A stretch of 64,000 nucleotides of DNA from contig DATJXB010000227.1 of the NCBI GenBank assembly GCA_035500755.1, positions 2,853-66,852 of the forward strand, given 5' to 3'. The notes under the pieces were generated by a model. It was not told where the DNA came from and did no database searches. It saw only the letters and a list, made by a program, of their open reading frames with translations. How positions within the stretch are numbered: the first letter of the stretch is position 1; each line of letters starts with the position of its first letter. Positions 55,519 to 64,000 of the stretch are shown piece after piece. The position numbers were made by a program, and so were the translations under genes. The DNA is from Thermoanaerobaculia bacterium. GTDB taxonomy: Bacteria; Acidobacteriota; Thermoanaerobaculia; UBA5066; Gp7-AA6.

Positions 55519-56999
55519 GGAAAGAGCTCCTCGTCAACGCCGCTCCTCCCGAGACGCGCGTCGCGCTCATGGAGGACGGCCGCGTCGTCGAGGTCCTTCA
55601 CGAGCGCCGCGGCCGCCAGGGTCTCGTCGGCAACGTCTATCTCGGCCGCGTCCACCGGGTGCTGCCGGGCATGCAGGCGGCGTTCGTTTCGATCGGTCTC
55701 GACCGGGACGCCTTCCTCTACGTCGAGGACGTGGCGCGGCGCGCCGAGGAGTTCGACTTCGGCAACGGATCCGAGACCGCCGTCGAGCCGGGCGGCGACC
55801 GGCCGCGCATCGACGACCTGCTGCGCGAAGGCCAGGAGATCGTCGTGCAGGTCACCAAGGACCCCTTCGGAGGAAAAGGACCGCGCGTGACGACGGCCGT
55901 GTCGCTCGCGGGGCGCACGCTCGTGTACCTCCCCGAGGCCCGCGAGATCGGCGTCTCGCGACGGGTCGCCGACGAGGCCGAACGCGAGCGGCTGCGCCGG
56001 CTCCTCGAGGGTTTCGGCGGGGACGGCGGTTTCATCGCGCGCACCGCGGCGCGGGGCAAGACCGTCGAGGAGCTCGCGCCCGATCAGACCTACCTGACCG
56101 GGCTCGCCGCCCGGATCCGGCGGCGGCGGGAGAGCGCGGGCCCGCCGGCCCTGCTCCACCGCGAGCTCGACCTCGCGCTGCGTGCCGCCCGCGACGTCGC
56201 GGCGGACGACTGCGACGCGATCCGCGTGGACGACCCGGCGACGCACGCGCGCCTCAAGGAGCTGCTCGACGCCGTGGCCCCCGCGCTGTCGCGGCGGCTG
56301 GAGCTCTGGCGCGAGCCGACGCCCCTCTTCGATGCGTTCGGGGTGGAGGCCGAGATCGAGAGCGCCTTGAAGAGCCGCGTCCCGCTCTCCTCGGGCGCGT
56401 CGATCGTGATCCACCAGACCGAGGCGCTCGTCGCGATCGACGTCAACACGGGCCGGTTCGTCGGGCAGAGCGGTCTCGAGGAGACGGTCTTCGCGGCGAA
56501 TCTCGAGGCGGCTCCCGAGGTGGCGCGGCAGATCCGGCTGCGCGACCTCGGCGGTCTGATCGTCGTCGATTTCATCGACATGGAGGACCCCGAGCACCGC
56601 CGAGAGCTCTTCGACCGCTTCGAGGCCGAGCTGTCCCGCGATCGGTCGCGGACGCGCCTCTTGCCTCTGTCGGAGTTCGGCCTGATCGAGATCACGCGCC
56701 AGCGCTCGCGCGGGAACCTCGAGCGCGTGCTCACGCGCGCGTGTCCCGAGTGCGCGGGAAGCGGACGCGTTCGGACGGACGTGACGGGGGCGCTCGATCT
56801 GCGGCGCGCCCTGCTTCGGCCGCCGAATCTCTTCTCGGCGGGGGAGAAAGTCAGGGTCCGCGTTTCGCGGGGCGTCGCGGAAGCCGTGTCGGAAGACCCC
56901 ACGATCCTGGCGGATGCGGAGAAGAGCCTCGGCATCAGGGTCGAGCTCGAGCTGGACGAGTCCGCGCCGCCCGGAGGCTTTGCGATCTCGCGAGGCTAA
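55515..56999 (+). CDS. rng: Ribonuclease G (RNase E/G family)
   Basis: The GTG overlaps the rodA stop (GTGA). S1 domain GNVYLGRVHRVLPGMQAAFVSIG. Catalytic core LVAIDVNTGRF and GGLIVVDFIDM. Zn-link CPECAGSGRV. Confidence 0.92.
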   Translation: MRKELLVNAAPPETRVALMEDGRVVEVLHERRGRQGLVGNVYLGRVHRVLPGMQAAFVSIGLDRDAFLYVEDVARRAEEFDFGNGSETAVEPGGDRPRIDDLLREGQEIVVQVTKDPFGGKGPRVTTAVSLAGRTLVYLPEAREIGVSRRVADEAERERLRRLLEGFGGDGGFIARTAARGKTVEELAPDQTYLTGLAARIRRRRESAGPPALLHRELDLALRAARDVAADDCDAIRVDDPATHARLKELLDAVAPALSRRLELWREPTPLFDAFGVEAEIESALKSRVPLSSGASIVIHQTEALVAIDVNTGRFVGQSGLEETVFAANLEAAPEVARQIRLRDLGGLIVVDFIDMEDPEHRRELFDRFEAELSRDRSRTRLLPLSEFGLIEITRQRSRGNLERVLTRACPECAGSGRVRTDVTGALDLRRALLRPPNLFSAGEKVRVRVSRGVAEAVSEDPTILADAEKSLGIRVELELDESAPPGGFAISRG

Positions 57000-57082
57000 G
57001 TCTTTCCGTGTCAGAGGTTAGGCGTTGAAATAATCAGCCCACCTGACCCGTTAGTTAGATCAGCACGCGATACCTTCCTTCC

Positions 57083-57120
57083 CGGCCCCGACACAAATAA
57101 GTCGGGGCCGCCTTTTTTTT
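57083..57120 (+). terminator. Strong Rho-independent terminator of the mre-rng unit
   Basis: cggccccgac (57083-57092) pairs with gtcggggccg (57101-57110) as a perfect 10-bp stem with an 8-nt loop acaaataa. It is followed by cc and T8 (57113-57120). Confidence 0.85.
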
Positions 57121-57133
57121 GGGGTTCGGATTC

Positions 57134-58552
57134 TCAGCGGCCTGCTTCGCGGGCCAACGAGAGCGCGACCTCGCGCTCCTTCGCGTGATCCACGATGGGG
57201 CCGGGATAATCGCGACCGATCAAGCAGCCCGCCGACCGCTGCTCCTCGGGCGTCATCGTCCAGGGCTCGTGGATCTTTGCGGCGGGAACGCGGGCGAGCT
57301 CGGGGACGAAGCGGCGCGTGTAGGCGCCGTCGGGGTCGCAGCGCTTTCCCTGGAGCACGGAGTTGAAGATGCGGAAGTAGGGCGCGGCGTCGGTGCCGCT
57401 GCCCGCGGCCCACTGCCAGCCGCCGTTGTTGTTGGCGAGATCGGCGTCGGCGAGCTCGTGCTCGAACCAGGCCTCGCCGATCTTCCAATGGGCGTGGAGG
57501 TCCTTGGTGAGGAACGAGGCGGCCGACATCCGCGCGCGGTTGTGCATCCAGTGCGTCGTCGCAAGCTCCCGCATCCCCGCGTCCACGAACGGGAAGCCGG
57601 TCCGTCCCGCCCTCCATGCGTCGAGGCCCGCCGCGTCGCTGCGCCACGGGATCCGGTCGAACTCGGGGCGGAAGCTCTCCCCGGCGACGCGCGGAAAGTG
57701 GAAGAGGACGTGGTGGTAGAAGTCGCGCCACGCGAGCTCGAGCACGAGCTTGCGGAGCGATGCGCGCGCGCGCGCCGTTGCGCCGGCCCAGGCGGTCTCG
57801 GCCGCGGCCCGGATGGTCCGCGCCGAGATCGTGCCGAAGTGGAGGTGCGGCGACAGGCGCGTCGTGCCCGGGCGGTCCGGCCGGTCGCGGTCCTCGGCGT
57901 AGCGCGCCGCCGCCGACGCGAAGAAGCGCTCGAGCCCCGACCGCGCTTCCCGCTCCCCGCCCCGCGGCGCGAGAGGATCGCGCGGCGCGTTGCGCCACGC
58001 CCGCACGCGGGAAAGCGGGACCGACGGCAGCTCGGGCGAGGCGAGGCGGCTCGGGGCGGACGCCGGTGCGGCCTTCTCGACGGCGAGCCATTTCTTCGAG
58101 AAGGGCGTGTAGACGGTGTACGGGTCGCCCGCGTCGGTCGCGAGCGCGTCCGGAGCGACGAGGAGCTCGTCGGCAAACAGCCGGAGCGACGAGCCCGCGG
58201 CCTCGAGCGCCGCCGCGGTTTCCCGGTCGCGCCGCTCCGGGTAGGGCCCGATCTCGGCGTTCGCGTAAACGCCGGCGGCGCCGGTTTCGGCGAGGAGCGC
58301 GGGCAGCGCGCGCGTCGCCGGGCCCTGCCGGAGGACGAGCCGCCCGCCCGCCTTCGCGAGGCTTTCGGCGAGGTCCTCGAGGCTGTCCCGGAGAAACGCG
58401 AACCGCGCCGGGCCCACGCGGAGGTCGTCGGCGTAGTGGTCGTCGAGCACGAAGACCGTCACGACCCGGTCGGCGTCCCGCGACGCGCGCGAGAGCGCCG
58501 TGTTGTCCTCGACGCGAAGGTCGCGGCGAAACCAGTGGACGAGGACCGTCAC
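57134..58552 (-). CDS. phrB: Deoxyribodipyrimidine photolyase / cryptochrome family flavoprotein (472 aa)
   Basis: GTG 58552 overlaps the tspO stop (GTGA). VHWFRRDLRVEDNTAL, TRLSPHLHFG, LAWRDFY, TGFPFVDAGMREL, WMHNRARM, NNNGGWQWAAGSGTDAAPYFRIFN. Confidence 0.93.
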   Translation of the reverse strand: MTVLVHWFRRDLRVEDNTALSRASRDADRVVTVFVLDDHYADDLRVGPARFAFLRDSLEDLAESLAKAGGRLVLRQGPATRALPALLAETGAAGVYANAEIGPYPERRDRETAAALEAAGSSLRLFADELLVAPDALATDAGDPYTVYTPFSKKWLAVEKAAPASAPSRLASPELPSVPLSRVRAWRNAPRDPLAPRGGEREARSGLERFFASAAARYAEDRDRPDRPGTTRLSPHLHFGTISARTIRAAAETAWAGATARARASLRKLVLELAWRDFYHHVLFHFPRVAGESFRPEFDRIPWRSDAAGLDAWRAGRTGFPFVDAGMRELATTHWMHNRARMSAASFLTKDLHAHWKIGEAWFEHELADADLANNNGGWQWAAGSGTDAAPYFRIFNSVLQGKRCDPDGAYTRRFVPELARVPAAKIHEPWTMTPEEQRSAGCLIGRDYPGPIVDHAKEREVALSLAREAGR

Positions 58553-59022
58553 CGGTTCAGCGCCACGATCCTCGCGTTGAGGAACCCGGCGAAGGCCACC
58601 CAGGCCGCGTACGGGATCAGCATCGCCGCCGGCGCCGCCGACACGCGGGCGGCGAGAAGGACGAGGGCGACGCCCGTGATCCAGAGGGCGGCGATCTCCA
58701 CGAGGCCGAGGTCCGGCCGGCGCAGGCCGAAGAAGACCCAGCACCAGGCCGCGTTGAGGACGAGGTTGACCAGAAGCGCGGCGGCGTAAGCGCGAGGCGG
58801 TTCGGCCGCGCGGGACCACACGAGCGCGCTCGCCACCGCGATCAGAACGTAGAGGACCGTCCACACCGCGCCGATGACCGAGCCGGGCGGGGTCCACGAG
58901 GGCTTCGCGAGGCCGTCGTACCAGGGGCCGATGCCCATGGCCGTGAAGCGGCCGCCGAGTACGGCGGCGGCGAGGACCAGCGGGCCCGCGAGCGCGAGGC
59001 CCGTGCCGAACGTGCGGCTCAT
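58549..59022 (-). CDS. tspO: TspO/MBR tryptophan-rich sensory protein (157 aa)
   Basis: ATG 59022 overlaps the SRPBCC stop (ATGA). WYDGLAKPSWTPPGSVIGAVWTVLYVLIAVA, LLVNLVLNAAWCWVFFG, IPYAAWVAFAGFLN. Confidence 0.88.
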   Translation of the reverse strand: MSRTFGTGLALAGPLVLAAAVLGGRFTAMGIGPWYDGLAKPSWTPPGSVIGAVWTVLYVLIAVASALVWSRAAEPPRAYAAALLVNLVLNAAWCWVFFGLRRPDLGLVEIAALWITGVALVLLAARVSAAPAAMLIPYAAWVAFAGFLNARIVALNR

Positions 59023-59477
59023 CGCCCGCTCCCGGGAAAGATCCCGGCGATGGCCGTGCGGCGGTAGTCGAAGATCGCCTCGAGCTCTCGCTGGACGCGC
59101 AGGGCGTGGACGATCCGGCCGAGAGGACCGAAGGGCAGGGCGTATTCCACGTGGTCTTCCATGACCACTGCCGCATCGTCGGCGCGGAAGCGGTGCGTGT
59201 GGACCCAAGCGGCGTAGGGCCCCTTCTCCTGCAGGTCCGCGAACTCGGCGGGCGGGTTCCAGCGCGTGATGCGCGTGATCCAGCCGAGGCGCAGCAGGCC
59301 CCACCGGATGCGGTACTCGATCCGGCTGCCGGCTTCCAGAGGGCGCGGGGCCTCGCCGTGGATGCGGAAGCCGAGCCCCGGCGGGGTGATGCGGGCGAGG
59401 TTGGCCGGATCGGAGAAGAACGCGAAGACCTCGTCGAGCGGGGCCTCGATCCTCTGGCGGCGGTCGAGCGTGTACAC
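59019..59477 (-). CDS. SRPBCC (cyclase/dehydrase-like) ligand-binding protein (152 aa)
   Basis: GTG 59477 (no clear SD, so the start is uncertain). YTLDRRQRIEAPLDEVFAFFSDPANLARITPP...WVHTHRF has the typical SRPBCC pattern. Confidence 0.7.
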   Translation of the reverse strand: MYTLDRRQRIEAPLDEVFAFFSDPANLARITPPGLGFRIHGEAPRPLEAGSRIEYRIRWGLLRLGWITRITRWNPPAEFADLQEKGPYAAWVHTHRFRADDAAVVMEDHVEYALPFGPLGRIVHALRVQRELEAIFDYRRTAIAGIFPGSGR

Positions 59478-59539
59478 CGCCGGAGAGCGTAGCCCACGGG
59501 CCGGGTCAGGCGGGGATGTGTCGAGATCCGCGCGAGGGG

Positions 59540-60550
59540 TCAGGACAGCGGCTGGAGCCCGAAGAGCGGCAGCGTGACGACGTTCTTCAGGCCGGGCGGG
59601 GCGCTGACGATGAACGGCACGGCGTTGACGACGGTGCCCACGGTGGAGCGGTCGCCGTGAAAACCGCCCGCGACGGTCACGTGAACGGGCGGGTCGCCCT
59701 CGACGTCGATGCGGTCGGCCGGGGAGCTCGCGCCCACCGCCATCGTCAGGTCGAGCGCGACCTTGATCTCGTCGCCGGCCTGCACGAGGGCGACCTGGTG
59801 GAGTCCGAGAACCGAGCCGGCCGCGACCCCGTCCGTCTCGCGCTCGGCGAGGACCGGTTCGATGGTCTCGGTGATCTCGTCGATGCGGAGCCCGAGCCCC
59901 AGCGCGATGATCGCGGCCGATTCCGAGAGGCCGACGTGGCCGAGTCTCTTCGCGTCGACGCCGGCGGCGAACTCCCGGGGCGTCAGGCCCGCGCCGACCT
60001 TCGCCCGGAGCGGCCCGCGCCGCTTGGCCGCGTCGACGACGCGCGTCACGCGCACGGAATCGACGCGCACGCAGGCCGACGCGACCGCGAGGACGAGGCG
60101 GTCCATCACGAGGCCGGGGTTGACGCCGGTGCCGAGAACCGCGACGCCTTTCTCCACGGCGAGGCGGTCGATCTTCCGCGCCATCGGCAGGTGGCGCAGC
60201 TCCGGGTACGCGAGCTCTTCGCACGTCGAGACGACGTGAAAGCCGGCGGCGATCGCCTCTTCGATCTGCGGCAGGATGACGTGGAGGCGCGACCCGGTGC
60301 ACAGCAGCACCACGTCCGTGCGTCCCCGCGCCGAGGCCGTCTCCCCGTAGAGCGCCGCGGCCGTCGGCCGGGCGACCCCCGAAAAGGAAGCTCCGAGGAG
60401 CTCCGCGAGCGGGCGGCCCGCCTTGTCGGGAGCGGGGTCCGCCGCGCCGAGGAAGGCGATGGACGGGCGGCCCGCCAGGGCCTTGCCCACTTCCACGCCG
60501 ATCGGGCCGAGACCGATCAGGGCCACGCGAGCTCTGGCGGACGGGCTCAT
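59540..60550 (-). CDS. Dihydrodipicolinate-reductase-like NAD(P)-dependent (amine) dehydrogenase family protein (336 aa)
   Basis: Rossmann N-terminus VALIGLGPIGVEVGK. VLGTGVNPGLVMD. The overall layout resembles the DapB-like / 2,4-diaminopentanoate dehydrogenase family. Confidence 0.6.
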   Translation of the reverse strand: MSPSARARVALIGLGPIGVEVGKALAGRPSIAFLGAADPAPDKAGRPLAELLGASFSGVARPTAAALYGETASARGRTDVVLLCTGSRLHVILPQIEEAIAAGFHVVSTCEELAYPELRHLPMARKIDRLAVEKGVAVLGTGVNPGLVMDRLVLAVASACVRVDSVRVTRVVDAAKRRGPLRAKVGAGLTPREFAAGVDAKRLGHVGLSESAAIIALGLGLRIDEITETIEPVLAERETDGVAAGSVLGLHQVALVQAGDEIKVALDLTMAVGASSPADRIDVEGDPPVHVTVAGGFHGDRSTVGTVVNAVPFIVSAPPGLKNVVTLPLFGLQPLS

Positions 60551-60639
60551 TGGCCGGGGATTCTACAGGGAAGCCGGCAACGGGCGTTCGTCCCGGAAAT
60601 CGGAAATCGAACGGCGGGGACCCGGGTTGAGAGGAGGTG

Positions 60640-60984
60640 ATGAAACGCGTCCTTCTTGCGGCGCCCGCGCTCCTCGTGGCCGCGCTCACGGCCGCCTGCG
60701 CGAGCGGCGGCGCCAAGGCCAAGGATCCCGGCCTCGGACGGCGCACGCTCGACTGCGTCGTGGTCCAGCGCGAGCACGACGCCGCGGGCTCGAGCGCGTC
60801 GTCGTACCGCGGCAGCGGCACCGGCAGCTACTACATGGTCTTCGAGACGCGGGAAGGTCAGGCGACCTCGCGCTACCGCCTCGAGGTGACGCGCCAGCAG
60901 TATCAGCGCTTCGAAGAAGGCGACCGCGTCAAGATCACGCTCGACAACAACATCCTGGTGAACGTCCAGCCCAACAACGACTGA
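60640..60984 (+). CDS. Small lipoprotein, unknown function (114 aa)
   Basis: MKRVLLAAPALLVAALTAAC lipobox. A GAGAGGAGG SD lies just upstream; a GTG at 60637 is the alternative start. Confidence 0.65.
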   Translation: MKRVLLAAPALLVAALTAACASGGAKAKDPGLGRRTLDCVVVQREHDAAGSSASSYRGSGTGSYYMVFETREGQATSRYRLEVTRQQYQRFEEGDRVKITLDNNILVNVQPNND

Positions 60985-61024
60985 ACGGATCAAACCGCGC
61001 GAGGCGCGCCGGTATGATCGATCC

Positions 61025-62692
61025 GTGTCCCCGGCGTGGCTTCCGAAGACCTTCGTCGTCTTGCGCGGCTACACGGCCGCGCAGTTCTGGAGCGATCTTC
61101 AGGCCGGGGTCGTCGTCGGCGTCGTCGCGATCCCGCTCGCGCTCGCCTTCGCGATCGCCTCGGGCGTGCCGCCCGAGCGCGGCCTCGTCACCGCGGCCGT
61201 CGCCGGGTTCCTGATCTCGTTTCTCGGCGGGAGCCGCGTCCAGATCGGCGGCCCGACCGGCGCGTTCGTCGTCATCGTCTACGGCATCGTCGCGAAATAC
61301 GGCCTCGACGGGCTGACGGTGTGCACCGTGCTCGCCGGCATCCTGCTCGTCGCGATGGGCCTGGCGCGCTTCGGCGGGGCGATCAAGTTCATCCCCTACC
61401 CGGTCGTGACGGGATTCACGAGCGGGATTGCCGTGATCATCTTTTCCTCCCAGGTCAAGGACCTCCTCGGCCTGAAGATGGGCGCGGTTCCGGCCCCGTT
61501 CGTGGCGAAGTGGGAAGCCCTCGCGGCGAGCCTCTCGACGGCGGCGCCGGCCGCGGTCGGCGTGTCGCTCGCCTCGCTCGCGATTCTCATGCTCTGGCCG
61601 AGGGTCTCGCGCAGGATCCCCGGGCCGATCGTCGCGATCCTCGCGACGTCGGCCGGCGTGGCGCTGCTGCACCTGCCGGTCGAAACGATCGGGTCGCGCT
61701 TCGGGGCGATCCATGCGTCGGTTCCCGTCCCGTCGCTGCCGCCCGTGACTCTCGAGCGGGTCCGCGAGCTCTTCTCGCCGGCCGTCACCGTGGCCCTGCT
61801 GGCCGCGATCGAGTCGCTGCTGTCGGCCGTGGTCGCCGACGGCATGATCGGGAGCCGTCACAAGTCCAACGTCGAGCTCGTCGCTCAGGGCCTGGCCAAC
61901 GTCGCGTCGGGGCTGGTCGGGGGTATGCCGGCCACGGGCGCGATCGCCCGCACCGCCACGAACGTCAAGAACGGCGGCCGCACGCCGGTCGCGGGCATGA
62001 CGCACGCCGTGACGGTGCTGCTCGTCCTGATCTTCCTCGGCCCTCTGGCGCGCTTCATCCCGATGGCCACGCTCGCCGCGATCCTGACGGTCGTCTCGTA
62101 CCACATGAGCGAGTGGCGCGCCTTCGCGCACCTCTTCAAGACGCCGAAGAGCGACGTCGCGGTGCTCCTGACGACGTTTCTCCTGACGGTCCTGATCGAC
62201 CTGAGCGTGGCGGTCCAGGTCGGCGTCGTGCTGGCGGCGTTCCTCTTCATCAAGCGCATGGCGGACGTCACCAACGTCTCCGCGGTCACCCGTGAGCTCA
62301 GCGACGCGCCGGACGGGACGATGGACGGCGACGCCGACGGCGTGGCGCGGCGCCGGATCCCGGAGGACGTCGAGGTCTACGAGGTCAACGGGCCGTTTTT
62401 CTTCGGCGCCGCGGACAAGATCAAGGACGTCCTGAACTTCGTCGCGAAGAAGCCCCGGTTGTTCGTCCTCCGCATGCGCCACGTGCCGGCCATGGACGCC
62501 TCGGGCCTGCGTGTCCTCGACGACCTCCACCGGTCGCTGACGCACCACGGGATCCGATTCGTGATTGCGGGGATCCAGGCCCAGCCGCTCGCGGCCCTCG
62601 AGCGCGCCGGACGGCTCGACGCGTACGGCCGCGGCAACGTCGTCGCCGACCTCGACGAGGCGCTGGGGGCCGCGGATGCGACCGGGCCATGA
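61025..62692 (+). CDS. SulP-family anion permease with C-terminal STAS domain (555 aa)
   Basis: SDLQAGVVVGVVAIPLALAFAIASGVPP, GGPTGAF, and the STAS tail VEVYEVNGPFFFGAA...FVLRMRHVPAMDASG. Confidence 0.9.
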   Translation: MSPAWLPKTFVVLRGYTAAQFWSDLQAGVVVGVVAIPLALAFAIASGVPPERGLVTAAVAGFLISFLGGSRVQIGGPTGAFVVIVYGIVAKYGLDGLTVCTVLAGILLVAMGLARFGGAIKFIPYPVVTGFTSGIAVIIFSSQVKDLLGLKMGAVPAPFVAKWEALAASLSTAAPAAVGVSLASLAILMLWPRVSRRIPGPIVAILATSAGVALLHLPVETIGSRFGAIHASVPVPSLPPVTLERVRELFSPAVTVALLAAIESLLSAVVADGMIGSRHKSNVELVAQGLANVASGLVGGMPATGAIARTATNVKNGGRTPVAGMTHAVTVLLVLIFLGPLARFIPMATLAAILTVVSYHMSEWRAFAHLFKTPKSDVAVLLTTFLLTVLIDLSVAVQVGVVLAAFLFIKRMADVTNVSAVTRELSDAPDGTMDGDADGVARRRIPEDVEVYEVNGPFFFGAADKIKDVLNFVAKKPRLFVLRMRHVPAMDASGLRVLDDLHRSLTHHGIRFVIAGIQAQPLAALERAGRLDAYGRGNVVADLDEALGAADATGP

Positions 62693-63747
62693 GCTCCGGG
62701 ACATCCGGCTGGGAGGGCGAGGCGCTTCTCGAGCGCCGGGACGCGAAGACGGGCGCCCTGATGCTCGTCGCGATCCACTCGTCCCGCCTCGGGCCCGCGA
62801 CGGGCGGCACGCGGCTGAAGACTTACCCCTCGGAGGATCTCGCGCGCCGGGACGCGCGGCGTCTCGCCGAGGCGATGACCTACAAGTGGGCGGCGGCGGA
62901 TTTTCCGCGGGGCGGCGGCAAGGCGGTCCTCGCCGTTCCGGACGGGTTCGGCGGCGCGGCGCGCGAGGGGCTGCTGCGCCGATACGGCGCGTTTCTCCGG
63001 GAACTGTCCGGCCGCTTCGCGACCGGTCCCGACGTCGGCACCTCTCCGGCGGACATGGACGTCATCGCGGAGACGGGCGCGCCGTACGTCTTCAGCCGCA
63101 CGCCGGCGCGCGGCGGCGCCGGAGGATCGGGTCCCTGGACGGCGCTCGGCGTCTTCGCCGCGATCGAGGCGGTGGGCGAGCGGCTCTTCGGCGACCGCTC
63201 GCCCCGCGGCCGCCGCGTCGTCGTCCAGGGCGCCGGGAGCGTGGGCGGACCGCTGATCGAGCGCCTCCTCGAGGCGGAGGCGCGCGTCGCGGTCGGCGAC
63301 CCGAGCCCGGAGGCGATGGGGCGCTTCCGCGGCGTGTCCGGCGTCGAGCTCCTGGCGCCCGAGACCTGCCTCGAGGCGGAGGCCGACGTGCTCGCGCCGT
63401 GCGCGCTCGGCGGCGTGCTCGACGCGGCGATGATTCCGCGCCTGCGCTGCCGCGCCGTCGTGGGCGCCGCCAACGACCAGCTCGCCGAGCCCGCGGATGC
63501 CGGGCGCCTGCGGGCGCGCGGGATTCTCTACGCGCCGGACTTCGTCGTCAACGCGGGAGGCGCTGTCGCCATCACCGGGATCGAGGCGCTCGGGTGGACG
63601 CCCGCTCGGGCCGAGGCGGCGGTGCGCGCGATCGGCGGGACGCTCCAGCGCGTCCTCGCGCTGGCGGACCGGAACGGCCTCACGACCGACGGCGCGGCGC
63701 GGCGGTTGGCCGAGGAGCGGCTCGCCGCGGCTCAGCCGAGGCGGTAG
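62689..63747 (+). CDS. Leu/Phe/Val (Glu/Leu/Phe/Val family) amino-acid dehydrogenase (352 aa)
   Basis: The ATG overlaps the SulP stop (ATGA). GPATGGTRL, catalytic-Lys context FPRGGGKAVL, NAD fold VVVQGAGSVGG, GAANDQL. Confidence 0.85.
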   Translation: MSSGTSGWEGEALLERRDAKTGALMLVAIHSSRLGPATGGTRLKTYPSEDLARRDARRLAEAMTYKWAAADFPRGGGKAVLAVPDGFGGAAREGLLRRYGAFLRELSGRFATGPDVGTSPADMDVIAETGAPYVFSRTPARGGAGGSGPWTALGVFAAIEAVGERLFGDRSPRGRRVVVQGAGSVGGPLIERLLEAEARVAVGDPSPEAMGRFRGVSGVELLAPETCLEAEADVLAPCALGGVLDAAMIPRLRCRAVVGAANDQLAEPADAGRLRARGILYAPDFVVNAGGAVAITGIEALGWTPARAEAAVRAIGGTLQRVLALADRNGLTTDGAARRLAEERLAAAQPRR

Positions 63748-64000
63748 GGCGCCCCGCTCCGCGCGACGTCGAAATCCTTCGAGCGCCCTTTCGGAATCGA
63801 GAGCGACTTCCAGCGGCCGCCGGCGAAGTGCCGCGCGAGGAACACGATCTGACCGACGTGGTAGGCGTAGTGCGTCAGCTGGCGATGGACCGCCTGCATC
63901 ACCGTGTGGGCTTCGCCGCGGATCGGAATCGTCCGGAGCAGGTCCTCGTCGCTCAGGTTCTCGAGCGCCCCGAAGAGAGCCGACCAGCCCGACTCCCAGG
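63732..64000 (-). CDS. DinB-superfamily (DUF1572-like) protein, C-terminal 89 codons (5' end beyond window end)
   Basis: Not in the ORF track. Manual minus-strand translation gives WESGWSALFGALENLSDEDLLRTIPIRGEAHTVMQAVHRQLTHYAYHVGQIVFLARHFAGGRWKSLSIPKGRSKDFDVARSGAPYRLG*. The stop is plus-strand tca at 63732-63734. Confidence 0.7.
   Translation of the reverse strand, partial: WESGWSALFGALENLSDEDLLRTIPIRGEAHTVMQAVHRQLTHYAYHVGQIVFLARHFAGGRWKSLSIPKGRSKDFDVARSGAPYRLG

Noticed and set aside
63732-63747. 16-nt convergent overlap of the Leu/Phe/Val dehydrogenase 3' end with the DinB-like gene 3' end.
   Set aside because: Short convergent 3' overlaps are common in compact GC-rich genomes. No structure or motif suggests a regulatory role.

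Overview
Very GC-rich (about 70% by eye), densely coding bacterial chromosomal segment with about 60 protein genes. I found no rRNA, tRNA, CRISPR array, transposase, integrase or phage hallmark. Most long ORFs in the six-frame track are GC-driven shadow frames or false N-terminal extensions. I chose real genes from recognisable protein motifs, signal peptides or lipoboxes, SD sequences and 4-nt start/stop overlaps. Two edge-truncated genes missing from the track (1..1355 and 63732..64000, both minus strand) were recovered by manual translation.

The right two thirds is mostly housekeeping: long-form isocitrate lyase, Thermus-type icd, purE, an HlyD/ABC-2 exporter, pilT, a desaturase, glycerate kinase, a radical SAM protein, pepP, ruvAB, a ppiD-like gene, mreBCD-mrdA-rodA-rng, an SRPBCC-tspO-photolyase operon, a SulP transporter and Leu/Phe/Val dehydrogenase.

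The left ~18 kb looks accessory and holds the best candidate for an undescribed system. It is a 12-kb minus-strand supercluster. The first part is five signalling genes joined by four consecutive GTGA start/stop overlaps: a small His-bearing helical protein, a sigma-54 activator, a periplasmic-TPR kinase-like ATPase, a stand-alone atypical receiver, and a ToxR-like wHTH-TM-TPR regulator. An operon of unknown secreted proteins follows: a lipoprotein, a Zn-ribbon anchor, two tandem paralogs with an SLH-like C-terminus, and a Gly-rich repeat protein. Diverging from it is an SPFH / SH3-like / Pro-rich / DUF4337 envelope cluster.

Other second-look items are a haem-c DUF3365-HAMP sensor with no output domain next to a soluble Ser/Thr kinase, an SD-sequestering hairpin ahead of a cupredoxin-PKD gene, a FecR/FN3/Ig membrane protein joined to the mre operon, and an AT-rich 3' island with a strong intrinsic terminator. 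The host is a diderm (Blc, lipoproteins, PpiD-like); the phylum cannot be determined from sequence alone (Acidobacteriota- or Myxococcota-like is only a guess). All functional calls rest on by-eye motif recognition. No database search was run.
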